From Chloroflexota bacterium (GTDB lineage Bacteria; Chloroflexota; Anaerolineae; Anaerolineales; UBA4823), in the NCBI GenBank assembly GCA_012798185.1, contig JAAZNS010000037.1, positions 1-42,046 on the forward strand: 42,046 bases of DNA, given 5' to 3'. Both the position numbers and the translations under genes were made by a program. This document shows, one piece after another, positions 8,670 through 18,101 of this stretch (positions are counted from its first letter, which is position 1; every line of letters begins with the position of its first letter). The notes under the pieces were generated by a model, which worked only from the letters and a program-made list of their open reading frames with translations, was not told where the DNA came from and searched no databases.

Positions 8670-9629
8670 TCACCTCCTCTCACTGTTCATCATCAGCACT
8701 TCACGGGCTGTGGCGGTATCTGTTACCAAAGTTTTAACCCAGCCTCCCCGCAGTGCACCCAAAATCGCCCTTACTTTTTCCAAACCTCCGGCAATAGCAA
8801 TGACCCGTGGAATAGACTGCAATTGATGTAAGTCGATTCCAATGACACCCGCCATGGGAACAATAGGCTTCCCCTGGATATCGAAAAACCTGCCGCAAAT
8901 ATCACCCACTGCCCCCTTCGCCTCCAGTTGCGCCAATGTACCGGGCGAAATATGGTCTCCGAAGAACATCGACGACATTTGCTGGAACTCTACGTGACCG
9001 ATGCCAACAATCGCTAAATCCAGTTTATTCCATAAGCTGCTTACCCGTTCTACTTCTTGGGTTTTCATCAATGCTTTATGGGTGGCAACATCAGAAGTAA
9101 ACGCTGGCACATGGAAAAATCGATAACTTCCTCCATAGGCTTCTGCCATCCGCCGGGCAAGTTCATTCACCTGAAAGAAAGGCGCCATATCGCCAATGCC
9201 TCCAATGAGCGGAGTGACATGGATGCGGATGGCGCTGTTATTGGGAAAAGAGCTTACCACTTCGAATAATGTGCGCCCCCAGCCAATCCCCACCACCATT
9301 TCATCTCTGAGAACGGTATGAATATGCTCGGCAGCAATTAATCCAATACGGTTTCGCAGATTGACGCCTTCCTGTTCCTCCATACAGGTTAATATCACCT
9401 CAGATAGATTAAATGTGCATCTCAGTTCTTCTTCCAATTGTTGATCGACATATTGAGGATCATTAATGGTTATCTGAACAATGCCCATGTCACGCGCCTG
9501 CTTCAATAAACGTGATACCCGCTGGCGTGTAATGCCTATTCGCCGGGCAATCTGTTGTTGCGTAAGATCGTTCTTATAATATAGTCGAGCAACTTGTGTG
9601 AGTAGCTGAGTTTCGGCTTGATTTTGCAT
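8670..9629 (-). CDS. SorC/DeoR-type sugar-binding transcriptional regulator
   Basis: N-terminal HTH (LTQQQIARRIGITRQRVSRLLKQARDMGIV) followed by a ~250-aa sugar-phosphate-binding type domain. Confidence 0.85.
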   Translation of the reverse strand: MQNQAETQLLTQVARLYYKNDLTQQQIARRIGITRQRVSRLLKQARDMGIVQITINDPQYVDQQLEEELRCTFNLSEVILTCMEEQEGVNLRNRIGLIAAEHIHTVLRDEMVVGIGWGRTLFEVVSSFPNNSAIRIHVTPLIGGIGDMAPFFQVNELARRMAEAYGGSYRFFHVPAFTSDVATHKALMKTQEVERVSSLWNKLDLAIVGIGHVEFQQMSSMFFGDHISPGTLAQLEAKGAVGDICGRFFDIQGKPIVPMAGVIGIDLHQLQSIPRVIAIAGGLEKVRAILGALRGGWVKTLVTDTATAREVLMMNSERR

Positions 9630-9637
9630 AGCAACCT

Positions 9638-11140
9638 TTACTTCTTCTCTTGAATTTCGTTTTGAAATAACGGCCGCAGTGCTGGATACAGACGTTTATA
9701 TCGCTGATAACCGTCTTCATAGCATGGAGATAGCGCATCATCGGGCTCTATAAGGTCGCCCAGTTGTGTCATTATTTGGTTTGCCTGACGAATATCGGAA
9801 AAACACCCCATGCTGATTCCTGCCAATATCGCCGCACCCAAGCAGGCGGTAATTTTATCTTTGATCGGATAAACCGGAATTTGGAGAACATTGGCTTTTA
9901 ATTGATTCCAAAAATGGCTGCGCGAACCGCCGCCGCAAATTATTAAACAATCTGCCTTGATCTTTGCAGCAGCTTGACAATATTCCAATACATGACGGAC
10001 CGCATAACTCACCGCTTCATATACCGCACGAGTAAAGTGACTGCGGGTGTGGTTCATGGTGATACCAACAAAACCTCCCCGCGCCTGGGCATCCCAAATT
10101 GGCGCCCGCTCCCCACAAAGATATGGCATAAAAATCAAACCATCACTTGCTGGTGGAGCCCACGAAGCAGTGTTTTCCAATTCTCGAAAATTAATATTTT
10201 TTTTCATCTCGGGGTAAAAAATATCCACCAGCCAGCGCAAGGTACTCCCACCAAATTGGGTTGGGCCGCAAACAAACTTGTCCTGCGGGCTGAGTTCTGC
10301 CAGAAAAACGCCAAACCCTTCTTCGGCTTGCGGTACACCCAGTGAAATGATCTCCGAAGTGCCGGCAATGTCAACTGCCCTTCCCCATAGACTGGCGCCG
10401 CAGGCAATATTATCGCACCAGGCATCGATGGTGCCAGAAACCACCGGTGTATTGGGAGATAATCCAGTGCGGGCAGCCGCCGATTGAGTAACATTGCCCA
10501 AACAACTTGTCGGGGTTAGAACTTTGGGCATTTTTTCGAGAGGCAATTGAAGGGCAGCGAAGTAATCCTCGTTATAACTGCCAACAGCCGGATCGACAAA
10601 GCTGTAAGCACTGTATAGGTCTGTTGCCATTTCACCGGTAAGACATAACCCGATGAAATCTTTAGGCTGCAAGATAGCAACCGCCTGGTCCCATTCTTCG
10701 TGACGATGTACCTGCAGCCAGCGCAAGCGCGCGGGAGGCAGGGTTGCATCAGCGTTTTGGCTGATGCCGCTCCATGCGAATGCTGCATTCGAAGCAATTC
10801 GCTCGCTTATCCATTGCGCTTCCTCAATAGCACGGTGATCCCGCCATATAATGGCTGGTCCAAGCGCGTTTCCCTGCTTATCCACCATCACATGACCCGG
10901 GCACTGCCCTGAAAGACCCAGGGCGATAATCCGGTTCCTGTCAATCCCATCCAAAATAGAATGCATCGTAACCTGCACGCCGTGCCACCAATCCGCCGGA
11001 TTTTGTGCCGCCCAGCCCGGGTAAGGGTTGGATATCGGCTGTTCAGCCAACGCAGCTGCCAGCTGCCTGCCTTGAAGATCATAAAGGCAGGCTTTCACCG
11101 CCGAAGTACCAATATCCAACCCTGCCAGCAAATCTTTCAA
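9638..11140 (-). CDS. FGGY-family carbohydrate kinase (xylulokinase/LsrK-like)
   Basis: N-terminal GLDIGTSAVKA and C-terminal CGGGSRSHFWNQLKANVL motifs, 500 aa. Confidence 0.9.
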   Translation of the reverse strand: MKDLLAGLDIGTSAVKACLYDLQGRQLAAALAEQPISNPYPGWAAQNPADWWHGVQVTMHSILDGIDRNRIIALGLSGQCPGHVMVDKQGNALGPAIIWRDHRAIEEAQWISERIASNAAFAWSGISQNADATLPPARLRWLQVHRHEEWDQAVAILQPKDFIGLCLTGEMATDLYSAYSFVDPAVGSYNEDYFAALQLPLEKMPKVLTPTSCLGNVTQSAAARTGLSPNTPVVSGTIDAWCDNIACGASLWGRAVDIAGTSEIISLGVPQAEEGFGVFLAELSPQDKFVCGPTQFGGSTLRWLVDIFYPEMKKNINFRELENTASWAPPASDGLIFMPYLCGERAPIWDAQARGGFVGITMNHTRSHFTRAVYEAVSYAVRHVLEYCQAAAKIKADCLIICGGGSRSHFWNQLKANVLQIPVYPIKDKITACLGAAILAGISMGCFSDIRQANQIMTQLGDLIEPDDALSPCYEDGYQRYKRLYPALRPLFQNEIQEKK

Positions 11141-11940
11141 CTTTCGAGCTCCTGTAAAGCCTGTTCAGGCGACACACCGCCATGCACCAATGCCACTAAT
11201 GCCCGGCACATACCCGCCGGGTTAGCATGCTGCCATACATTCCTGCCGATCGCTACACCACTGGCGCCAGCAGCCAGCGCCTCAGCCACCGAAGCTAATA
11301 AGCCGGCTTCATCATCCACCTTGGCACCGCCTAAAACTACAACCGGGCGGTAACAGGAACTCAATGCCTCCCGGTATTGTTTCTGAGGTTGGGCAAAGGG
11401 AGCTTTGATGATATCGGCGCCCAATTCCACACCGACGCGCATGGCAAAACCAATCTCTTCTGGGGTAGGTTCTTTCCCTTGCGCCGGTTTGACCAGCATT
11501 TCAGCCATTACCGGCACTTCCCACACAGCCGCCTGATTGACCAACTCGGTGAGATTATGCAATGACGAAGATTCTTCAGGGAAACCGATCATCCCCATGC
11601 ACACTACCGCATCGGCTCCGAGACGAACAGCATCTTCAACCGAAACAGTGCGCTGGATTGCGCCCATCTGCGGGTTGCGTGTCGAAGAACCCCCATCGGC
11701 TCTCAGCATTAACCCAAGCTTTCCAAATTGACTGCCAAAAGCGCGGGCAATGCCCAGGTTTGTCAATACTGCGTCGACACCCGTGCCGCGGATAGCGTTC
11801 AACAACGCCCCTGGATTTTCCAATCCTCTCATCGGACCCATATACGCAGCATGATCAAAAGCGATGATCACCGTGCGCCCATCTTCACCAAATAACCGAT
11901 TTTTGCGTATATCTTTCACAGTCGCCTCTTTTTTATTCAA
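11137..11940 (-). CDS. class I aldolase, DhnA/FbaB/LsrF (DeoC/LacD superfamily) type
   Basis: 267 aa with IIAFDH, VDAVLTN and a Schiff-base-lysine-like context ADIIKAPF. 4-nt and 8-nt overlaps with neighbours. Confidence 0.8.
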   Translation of the reverse strand: MNKKEATVKDIRKNRLFGEDGRTVIIAFDHAAYMGPMRGLENPGALLNAIRGTGVDAVLTNLGIARAFGSQFGKLGLMLRADGGSSTRNPQMGAIQRTVSVEDAVRLGADAVVCMGMIGFPEESSSLHNLTELVNQAAVWEVPVMAEMLVKPAQGKEPTPEEIGFAMRVGVELGADIIKAPFAQPQKQYREALSSCYRPVVVLGGAKVDDEAGLLASVAEALAAGASGVAIGRNVWQHANPAGMCRALVALVHGGVSPEQALQELES

Positions 11941-12955
11941 ATGTAACCATGGCTTTCAACCCGGTGCGGTTATCTGCATATGCCACAGCTTCTGCCACAT
12001 CGCTAAAGGGAAATTGAGCGGTGATAAACTGGGAAAAATCCATTCGCTTTGAGCTTAATAAGCGCAAAGCCTTTTCCAGGTGAGCAGGAGTCACACCCGA
12101 GGAGCCGGTTAGATAAAATTGTCCGTAATGAATTTTACGGATATCCAAAGATACCATCGATCCCTCGGGCACGCCGGCAAATGCATTGACCGTACCCCCT
12201 GGTCTAACTGCTTCGATACCACTCGCAAGCGCTTCGGCGGTCGAAACTGCCACCATAACGATATCTGCCCCTCTGTCGGCGGTATGCTCATGAACCACGC
12301 TGATCAGATTTTCTCGCGTAATATCCACAATAATATCTGCAAAAAACGCTTGTGCAATTTCCAGACGATGGGGAGTCATCCCTGCTACAATCACTGGAGA
12401 AGCACCATAGACCCGGGCGGCTGCGGCGGTAAATAGACCCATTGGTCCATCGCCTACGACCAACACCGAATTACCATATCTGTAAAAACTATCCTCGAGA
12501 CCTTTGAGCACGCAGCCAACCGGTTCAGCAAGCGCGGCAACCACATTGGGAACATGATCCGGGATAGCAAACACACCTCTCTCTGCCAGCGCACGCGGAA
12601 CATATACATTTTCTGCCAATCCACCGGGGTAAATGGTAACATCATAAAGGTGTGTACATAAAGCTTGCTGATTGTGGAGACAAAAATAACAACCCCCGCA
12701 GGGCAGATAAGGGGCAACGATCACGCGTTGTCCCGCCTGCCAGCGACTTTGCGGCGTTGTTTCAATGACCATACCTGCCAGCTCATGACCCAAGGCATAC
12801 TTCTTTTCCTTAGTACCTTTTTGTACCATTTTTACATCTGTGGTGCAAATACCGCATGCCAATGGGCTGACTATGATATCGCCTGCCTCTAGCTGCATAT
12901 CTGGAAACTCAATAATCTGAACCTCTCCAGGTTTTCCTGCCGAAGCACCTTTCAT
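11933..12955 (-). CDS. zinc-dependent medium-chain alcohol/polyol dehydrogenase
   Basis: Catalytic Zn motif region CGICTTD...GHELAG, structural Zn cysteines CGGCYFCLHNQQALC, Rossmann VVGDGPMG. Confidence 0.9.
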   Translation of the reverse strand: MKGASAGKPGEVQIIEFPDMQLEAGDIIVSPLACGICTTDVKMVQKGTKEKKYALGHELAGMVIETTPQSRWQAGQRVIVAPYLPCGGCYFCLHNQQALCTHLYDVTIYPGGLAENVYVPRALAERGVFAIPDHVPNVVAALAEPVGCVLKGLEDSFYRYGNSVLVVGDGPMGLFTAAAARVYGASPVIVAGMTPHRLEIAQAFFADIIVDITRENLISVVHEHTADRGADIVMVAVSTAEALASGIEAVRPGGTVNAFAGVPEGSMVSLDIRKIHYGQFYLTGSSGVTPAHLEKALRLLSSKRMDFSQFITAQFPFSDVAEAVAYADNRTGLKAMVTFE

Positions 12956-12958
12956 AAG

Positions 12959-13897
12959 CTATTTTTTTGCCCTTTCCATAAAATCATCCACCTGCTTTCG
13001 TGATGGCAAGCCACTGCGGGCACCAATATGTCCAATTTTTATTGCTGCCACAGCGCATCCCAGGCAGATCGCTTCCCGCCAATTTTTTCCTTCCAAATAA
13101 CCCTTGATCAACCCGGCAATAAATGCATCACCGGCGCCAGTGGTATCGACCACGGCTGTTCCCTGCCAGGCAGCAATATGTTCCTCCATGCCAGAAGTAA
13201 ACAGCCTGGCGCCTTCAGAACCCAGGGTTGTAATCACTACTTCAGGTCCCAAGCCCGCCAATATCTGCATTGCCTGAGATAAATTTTCATTCCCCGCAAG
13301 AGCCAGCGTTTCGTTGCGGCTTAACACCAGCACGTCTGTCATCTTTAGGATACTAGCCAGGAATGACAATCCGAACGAAGCCATCACACCGCCAACACCA
13401 TAAAAAACTTTAGCGCCGTTTTTATGCGCGGTTTCAGCAGCTACACATGCCACTTTGGGCAGCGCGTCGCCAATATACAAAATGCGAATTCCATCCAGAA
13501 GGCTGGTATCCAGCTCGCCAGGTTCCTCCAGCGTGGCTACACCGGGTAATCCGACAATCGTGCGGTTTCCGAGTTCATCCACGGTAATAAAACAGCTTGC
13601 GGAATGTGCTCCGGTAACCACTTTAATCCCACGCGTATCCACGCCTGATTTTTTAAACGAATCAACCAATAACCTTCCGCCTTCATCATCTCCAACTTTT
13701 CCCAAAAAAACTACCCGGCTGCCTAATTTTGCCAAAGCCTCGCACACATTCGCATTAGCACCTCCGGGGTAAATTGCGAAGGATGAAGCAGCTACGATAC
13801 TATCGGCGGCAGGCAGCGATGGCACACGAGCAACCATATCTACGGCAGCAGCCCCCAGCACAACAACCTCGACACCAGTCCTGATATCAGATCTCAT
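12959..13897 (-). CDS. PfkB/ribokinase-family carbohydrate (or nucleoside) kinase
   Basis: PGGANANV N-terminal motif and DTTGAGDAFIAG catalytic motif. Confidence 0.9.
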   Translation of the reverse strand: MRSDIRTGVEVVVLGAAAVDMVARVPSLPAADSIVAASSFAIYPGGANANVCEALAKLGSRVVFLGKVGDDEGGRLLVDSFKKSGVDTRGIKVVTGAHSASCFITVDELGNRTIVGLPGVATLEEPGELDTSLLDGIRILYIGDALPKVACVAAETAHKNGAKVFYGVGGVMASFGLSFLASILKMTDVLVLSRNETLALAGNENLSQAMQILAGLGPEVVITTLGSEGARLFTSGMEEHIAAWQGTAVVDTTGAGDAFIAGLIKGYLEGKNWREAICLGCAVAAIKIGHIGARSGLPSRKQVDDFMERAKK

Positions 13898-13925
13898 AGA
13901 AAATCTATTGAAAGACTAAAATGGT

Positions 13926-14654
13926 TCAATCTTCCTCAGATTCTTCTTCGTAAATCATCGGACCAACCGGAATGGATATCTTGGGCAGTCCAATCAACAA
14001 AGGCGTACCGACGATTGCTGCCCCAAGGCTGAAAAGAAAACGTTCGATGGGGGCAATCGGCAATACGGTAAACCAAATGGCTGGCGGCAAGGCGAACATG
14101 ATAAGCGCCCATAAGTTGCCAATAGCCTGGGTGACCACAACCCCCGCTACCGAGGCGCAGAATACTCCTGCAAACATTTTTCCCCGGTTAGGAGAAACCA
14201 GCCAGTCTTTTCCCCAAATCCAGCCGACGGCAATGCCCGCCAAACCAAGGGTGTATAAAAGCGGTGTTGCCCATGCTTTTTGTCCGGTGGGGAAAAGATA
14301 CCATACGCCGCCCAACCCTAATATCAGCAGCAAAGACCAGATCCATTTTCTCTGCATAGCCAAGCCGGCTGTTGCAGCTCCAAACATCGAAATGATGAAT
14401 TGCAGCGGCCCAAACAGCACCGTGTGGGGAGCGATCAACTGCCCAAGAAACGATCCGATGCCAGCAGCAATTGCCCCTGCCCATGGCCCAAATAATATTC
14501 CCGCCAGGGGCACCAGCGAAGCGCCGATGTTAAAAGTAGCCCCAGTGCCAATCACAGGAAATGCAGGTAATAAGGATGCTGCGGCAGTTAACGCTGCCCA
14601 AATGGCGATGATAGCCGGATGGGTAGATATAAAAGCTGATTTTTGGGGGCTCAT
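13926..14654 (-). CDS. polytopic membrane protein, putative ECF S component, paralog 3
   Basis: 242 aa with RBS AAGGAGG upstream. By eye about two-thirds identical to 17370-18101, including a shared C-terminal LLIGLPKISIPVG.MIYE plus an acidic tail. Confidence 0.6.
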   Translation of the reverse strand: MSPQKSAFISTHPAIIAIWAALTAAASLLPAFPVIGTGATFNIGASLVPLAGILFGPWAGAIAAGIGSFLGQLIAPHTVLFGPLQFIISMFGAATAGLAMQRKWIWSLLLILGLGGVWYLFPTGQKAWATPLLYTLGLAGIAVGWIWGKDWLVSPNRGKMFAGVFCASVAGVVVTQAIGNLWALIMFALPPAIWFTVLPIAPIERFLFSLGAAIVGTPLLIGLPKISIPVGPMIYEEESEED

Positions 14655-14687
14655 GTCTTTCCTCCTTAGTCAAGAATTGTTTTCATC

Positions 14688-17303
14688 TCAACTTGCTACT
14701 GTTTCGCGAACTTTGATCACTCGGTTGACCAAAGTGACCATATCCATCACTTCCATCTTATCTTTAGATTGGCTGCGCTGTTGTTGGAATTGGGTCAAAC
14801 ATGCCGGGCAGGCAGTAAGCAGCACACTAGCACCTGTCCCAATTGCTTCTGCCCAGCGTTGAGCGCCAGCCGTATCGGTGAGGCGGGGGAAATCATAGCG
14901 AACAAAGGAGCCTGCACCGCAACAAAACGCGTCTTTCCCATGGCGTGGCATTTCCGAAATCCTTAATCCGGGAATGGCTTCGATGATTTTGCGCGGAGCT
15001 TCATAAACGCCCAGCTGCCTGCCCAGAGTGCAAGGATCGTGATAAGTTGCTACAGCACCGGAAGAGTAAATATCAAATTCAATACGCCCGGCTTCAGCTT
15101 CTTCTGCCACCACCTCAATCAGGTGGCTGGTTTCGAATGGAAGCGGCTCACCCAATACTTCGGGCATCTCCCGCTGGAATGTTTCATAACATCCAGAGCA
15201 AACAAACACCAGCTTCTTTACCCCAAGATCTTTATAGGTTTGGATATTATGGCGCATGAATTCAATCGCTTTTTCCCGCTCTCCAGCAGACATGAGAGGA
15301 TGAGCGCAGCACCATTCCGCTGAAGCGATGGTGTAATCCAAACCCATCTTGTCCATTAATTCCACAGCTTCTTGAGCGGCAGAGCGGCGAATATAAGACG
15401 GAGTGCAGCCCACAAATAACGCCATAGGCGCCTGCCGATCCAGCCTGGATTGATCTTTCAGCCAGCGAAAACGATCTCCTCCTGCATTGCCATATGGATT
15501 GCGTTCTTGCATTACCGCCTGGGTAATTTGCTTTAACCCTGCAGGCGATAAGCCACGCTCTGCCATATCTTCGCGCATCGCCTGGAAAATCTTACGGATA
15601 TCGATGTATTTGAAACAATGTGCACCGCATGAACCGCACATGGTACAGGAAAAGATCCGTTCGGCGACCTCGGCGTTATAATCAATTTCGCCTTCGAGGA
15701 TCGAGCGCGCTACAGCAATCCGCCCGCGGGCGCTGTGTGTCTCAAATGAGCCATATGCATAGGAGGGACACATATGATAAGGACCAATCCAGCTCAAATC
15801 GAAGCAGAAGCCGCAGCGCAGACACTGGTAAGTAAGGTCGCCAACCGTATCAATTGCCCGGTTTTGCGAAGGAAGGCGAGCCGGGATAGCACCGACCGAA
15901 GGTTTTCCTCCCAGCATTAAGACCCCGGGATTAAGGATATTGTTGGGGTCCATGGTTTTTTTGAGCGTTTGCATAAGCTGATACGCCGGCCCAAGTTTTT
16001 CCATAATATATGGTGCAATACCCGCCACGATCCCTCCGGGTGAAGCCCAACGGCTATACAGCATCTCCGAGATATCCCGGCGGATTTTCAAGCCGTATTG
16101 ATGGTCTTCCACGTTCATTTCGGGATACAGGGTATCCACCCAAAGGAAAGCTGCGTTGCGAGAGAAATAGACATCCAAGCCTTTGGTGTGGATACCATGT
16201 TGGTCCCATTCAGCCTTGTGTTCTGCAATGTAAGCATCGAGTGCTGGAATGGCTTCTTTAAGTGCCTGGGTGGGTAGAAAACCTGAAACTTCCGGGCAAT
16301 AATAGGGCCGACTGCCATAATATGCGCCAGGGCCCATATTACGCAGCCAGGAATACATATGCTCTGTCCAATACATCCGCGTGGGTTTAGGATCTTGTGG
16401 TCTCCCGTTGAATGTCTGACAGATAACTTCACAGGCGCGTTTGCGTTCCTCGGCATGCAGCCGGCTGTCACGGATGATCACGTGCAGGAAATAATTACCG
16501 GGTATGTCATCCGGTTTCGGTCCGCCAAAAATGCCAATGGCAAATGTCGCAGCTGCCTGGCGTTGGATGGCAGATACCGCATCGACGATATCATCAAGCT
16601 GGTCGAAAGCATAGAACAAGAAATCTTCGACCTCAGGAATTCGGCGGATTCGCAAGGCGACTTTAGTGATGATACCCAGGGTACCACAAGAACCGATGAA
16701 TAAGCCCGCCAGGTCGGTACCGTTGGCACTGCGCTCGATGGGAATGTTGCCGGCTGCCTCATTAGCAGCGGAGCCGGTGTGCATCAGTGTGCCATCGGGC
16801 AAGACCACTTCTAAGGTCACTACATGATCTCCGGTGACACCATATTCGGTGATACCATGGGGAACTGCGTTGTAAGCTACCGTGCCGCCAACACTGGCAG
16901 AGAACATCCCTCCGCCACCCGGGGCAGCCAGTTCCCAGCCCAGTTTTTTGAGGTCGGCATCGATGGCATGCCATATTGCGCCTGTCTCGGCGACTACAAC
17001 CTGGTTTTCTAAATCGATCTCGTATTTATTCATTAAATCCAAGGCCAGCACAATGCTGCCTTCCATGGCACCAGAATCCACAAAAGTTGTTGCCCTGCCC
17101 CAGATAAACAGGGGCTTTTTAATTTCATTTGCCAGCTTCACTAAAGCAATCAACTCATCCACGGTTTCGGGCCGGGTAATATACCCGGGTATCTCGCCAG
17201 GAGTAGGTCCACAATCCCTGCGGTAGCACAAACGGTCCACCATCGCGTTGGACGCATGATTTGGTCCGCAAATTTCCTGTAAACGTTTTAAGATATCATC
17301 CAT
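14688..17303 (-). CDS. fusion FAD-linked oxidase (GlcD-like) + Fe-S/CCG-domain oxidoreductase (GlcF-like); 2-hydroxyacid-type dehydrogenase
   Basis: 871 aa with an N-terminal PCMH-type FAD-binding region. Two ferredoxin motifs are present (CLRCGFC...CP and CTMCGSCGAHC). Two CCG-type cysteine-rich regions are present (EWCCAHP, VCSGC, AFCCGAG, TACPAC). Confidence 0.9.
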   Translation of the reverse strand: MDDILKRLQEICGPNHASNAMVDRLCYRRDCGPTPGEIPGYITRPETVDELIALVKLANEIKKPLFIWGRATTFVDSGAMEGSIVLALDLMNKYEIDLENQVVVAETGAIWHAIDADLKKLGWELAAPGGGGMFSASVGGTVAYNAVPHGITEYGVTGDHVVTLEVVLPDGTLMHTGSAANEAAGNIPIERSANGTDLAGLFIGSCGTLGIITKVALRIRRIPEVEDFLFYAFDQLDDIVDAVSAIQRQAAATFAIGIFGGPKPDDIPGNYFLHVIIRDSRLHAEERKRACEVICQTFNGRPQDPKPTRMYWTEHMYSWLRNMGPGAYYGSRPYYCPEVSGFLPTQALKEAIPALDAYIAEHKAEWDQHGIHTKGLDVYFSRNAAFLWVDTLYPEMNVEDHQYGLKIRRDISEMLYSRWASPGGIVAGIAPYIMEKLGPAYQLMQTLKKTMDPNNILNPGVLMLGGKPSVGAIPARLPSQNRAIDTVGDLTYQCLRCGFCFDLSWIGPYHMCPSYAYGSFETHSARGRIAVARSILEGEIDYNAEVAERIFSCTMCGSCGAHCFKYIDIRKIFQAMREDMAERGLSPAGLKQITQAVMQERNPYGNAGGDRFRWLKDQSRLDRQAPMALFVGCTPSYIRRSAAQEAVELMDKMGLDYTIASAEWCCAHPLMSAGEREKAIEFMRHNIQTYKDLGVKKLVFVCSGCYETFQREMPEVLGEPLPFETSHLIEVVAEEAEAGRIEFDIYSSGAVATYHDPCTLGRQLGVYEAPRKIIEAIPGLRISEMPRHGKDAFCCGAGSFVRYDFPRLTDTAGAQRWAEAIGTGASVLLTACPACLTQFQQQRSQSKDKMEVMDMVTLVNRVIKVRETVAS

Positions 17304-17369
17304 GCGTAATACTCCAATGTATAAAATTATTAATTGTTCAGGCTATGGTAGAAAGCCCCGAAACAACGA

Positions 17370-18101
17370 TTAATCTTCTTCTTCCTTTTCACTTTCATAG
17401 ATCATCTGACCAACCGGAATTGAAATTTTCGGCAGCCCGATTAGCAAAGGCGTCCCGACGATCGCAGCACCCAGAGCAAACAATATCCTTTGCACCGGAG
17501 CGATGACTAAAACTGCTGCCCATACTTCTTTGGGTAGAGCAAACATCAGCAATGCCCAAAAGTTGCCAGCTGACCATGTGCAAACGATCCCTGATAAAGT
17601 GGTTAGAAAAACACCAGCGAACATGAGACCCCGGTTTGGAGAGCTAATCCATTTTCCTCCCCAGAACCAGCCGACCAGGGCGGCAATCACGCCAACCAGA
17701 TATCCAATCGGGGTAAACCAGGCAGCTTGTCCCAAGGGAGAAAAATACCATACAATGCCAAACAATATCGTAACCGCAATGGGGATAAACCATTTGCGCT
17801 GCATCGCAAAACCAGCACAGGCAGCGCCGAGCATTGCCAGAATGAATTGGAATGGTCCAAAGATGACCGTGTGCGGCGCGATCAATTGTCCAATCAATCC
17901 ACCGATGCCAGCTGCGATGGCACCTGCCCACGGGCCAAATAACACGCCTGCCAGCGGTATCATTACGTCGCTGATGCTGAATGTTGCCCCAGTACCAATG
18001 ACAGGGATGGCTGGAAGCAGGCTGGCAACCGCAATAAGCGCTGCCCATACAGCCATCAGTGCTGGATGAGTTTTTACACGAACTGATTTTCTGTTTGCCA
18101 T
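17370..18101 (-). CDS. polytopic membrane protein, putative ECF S component, paralog 2
   Basis: 243 aa with RBS AAAGGAG upstream. It is directly downstream of the fused ECF ATPase and paralogous to 13926-14654. Confidence 0.6.
   Translation of the reverse strand: MANRKSVRVKTHPALMAVWAALIAVASLLPAIPVIGTGATFSISDVMIPLAGVLFGPWAGAIAAGIGGLIGQLIAPHTVIFGPFQFILAMLGAACAGFAMQRKWFIPIAVTILFGIVWYFSPLGQAAWFTPIGYLVGVIAALVGWFWGGKWISSPNRGLMFAGVFLTTLSGIVCTWSAGNFWALLMFALPKEVWAAVLVIAPVQRILFALGAAIVGTPLLIGLPKISIPVGQMIYESEKEEED

Noticed and set aside
8557-8673. N-terminal extension of the lipoprotein ORF (MKSKIEQKNCQ...)
   Set aside because: The internal Met has a strong GGAGGA RBS and begins a canonical signal peptide and lipobox. 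The extension would bury the signal peptide.
13972-14862. 296-aa plus-strand ORF
   Set aside because: It is antisense to the well-supported S-like membrane gene (good RBS, close paralog elsewhere). Its translation is a low-complexity Ala/Pro/Gly-rich sequence typical of the mirror frame of Ala/Gly-rich membrane genes.
17503-18069. 188-aa plus-strand ORF
   Set aside because: It is the same mirror-frame artefact, opposite the S-like paralog at 17370-18101.
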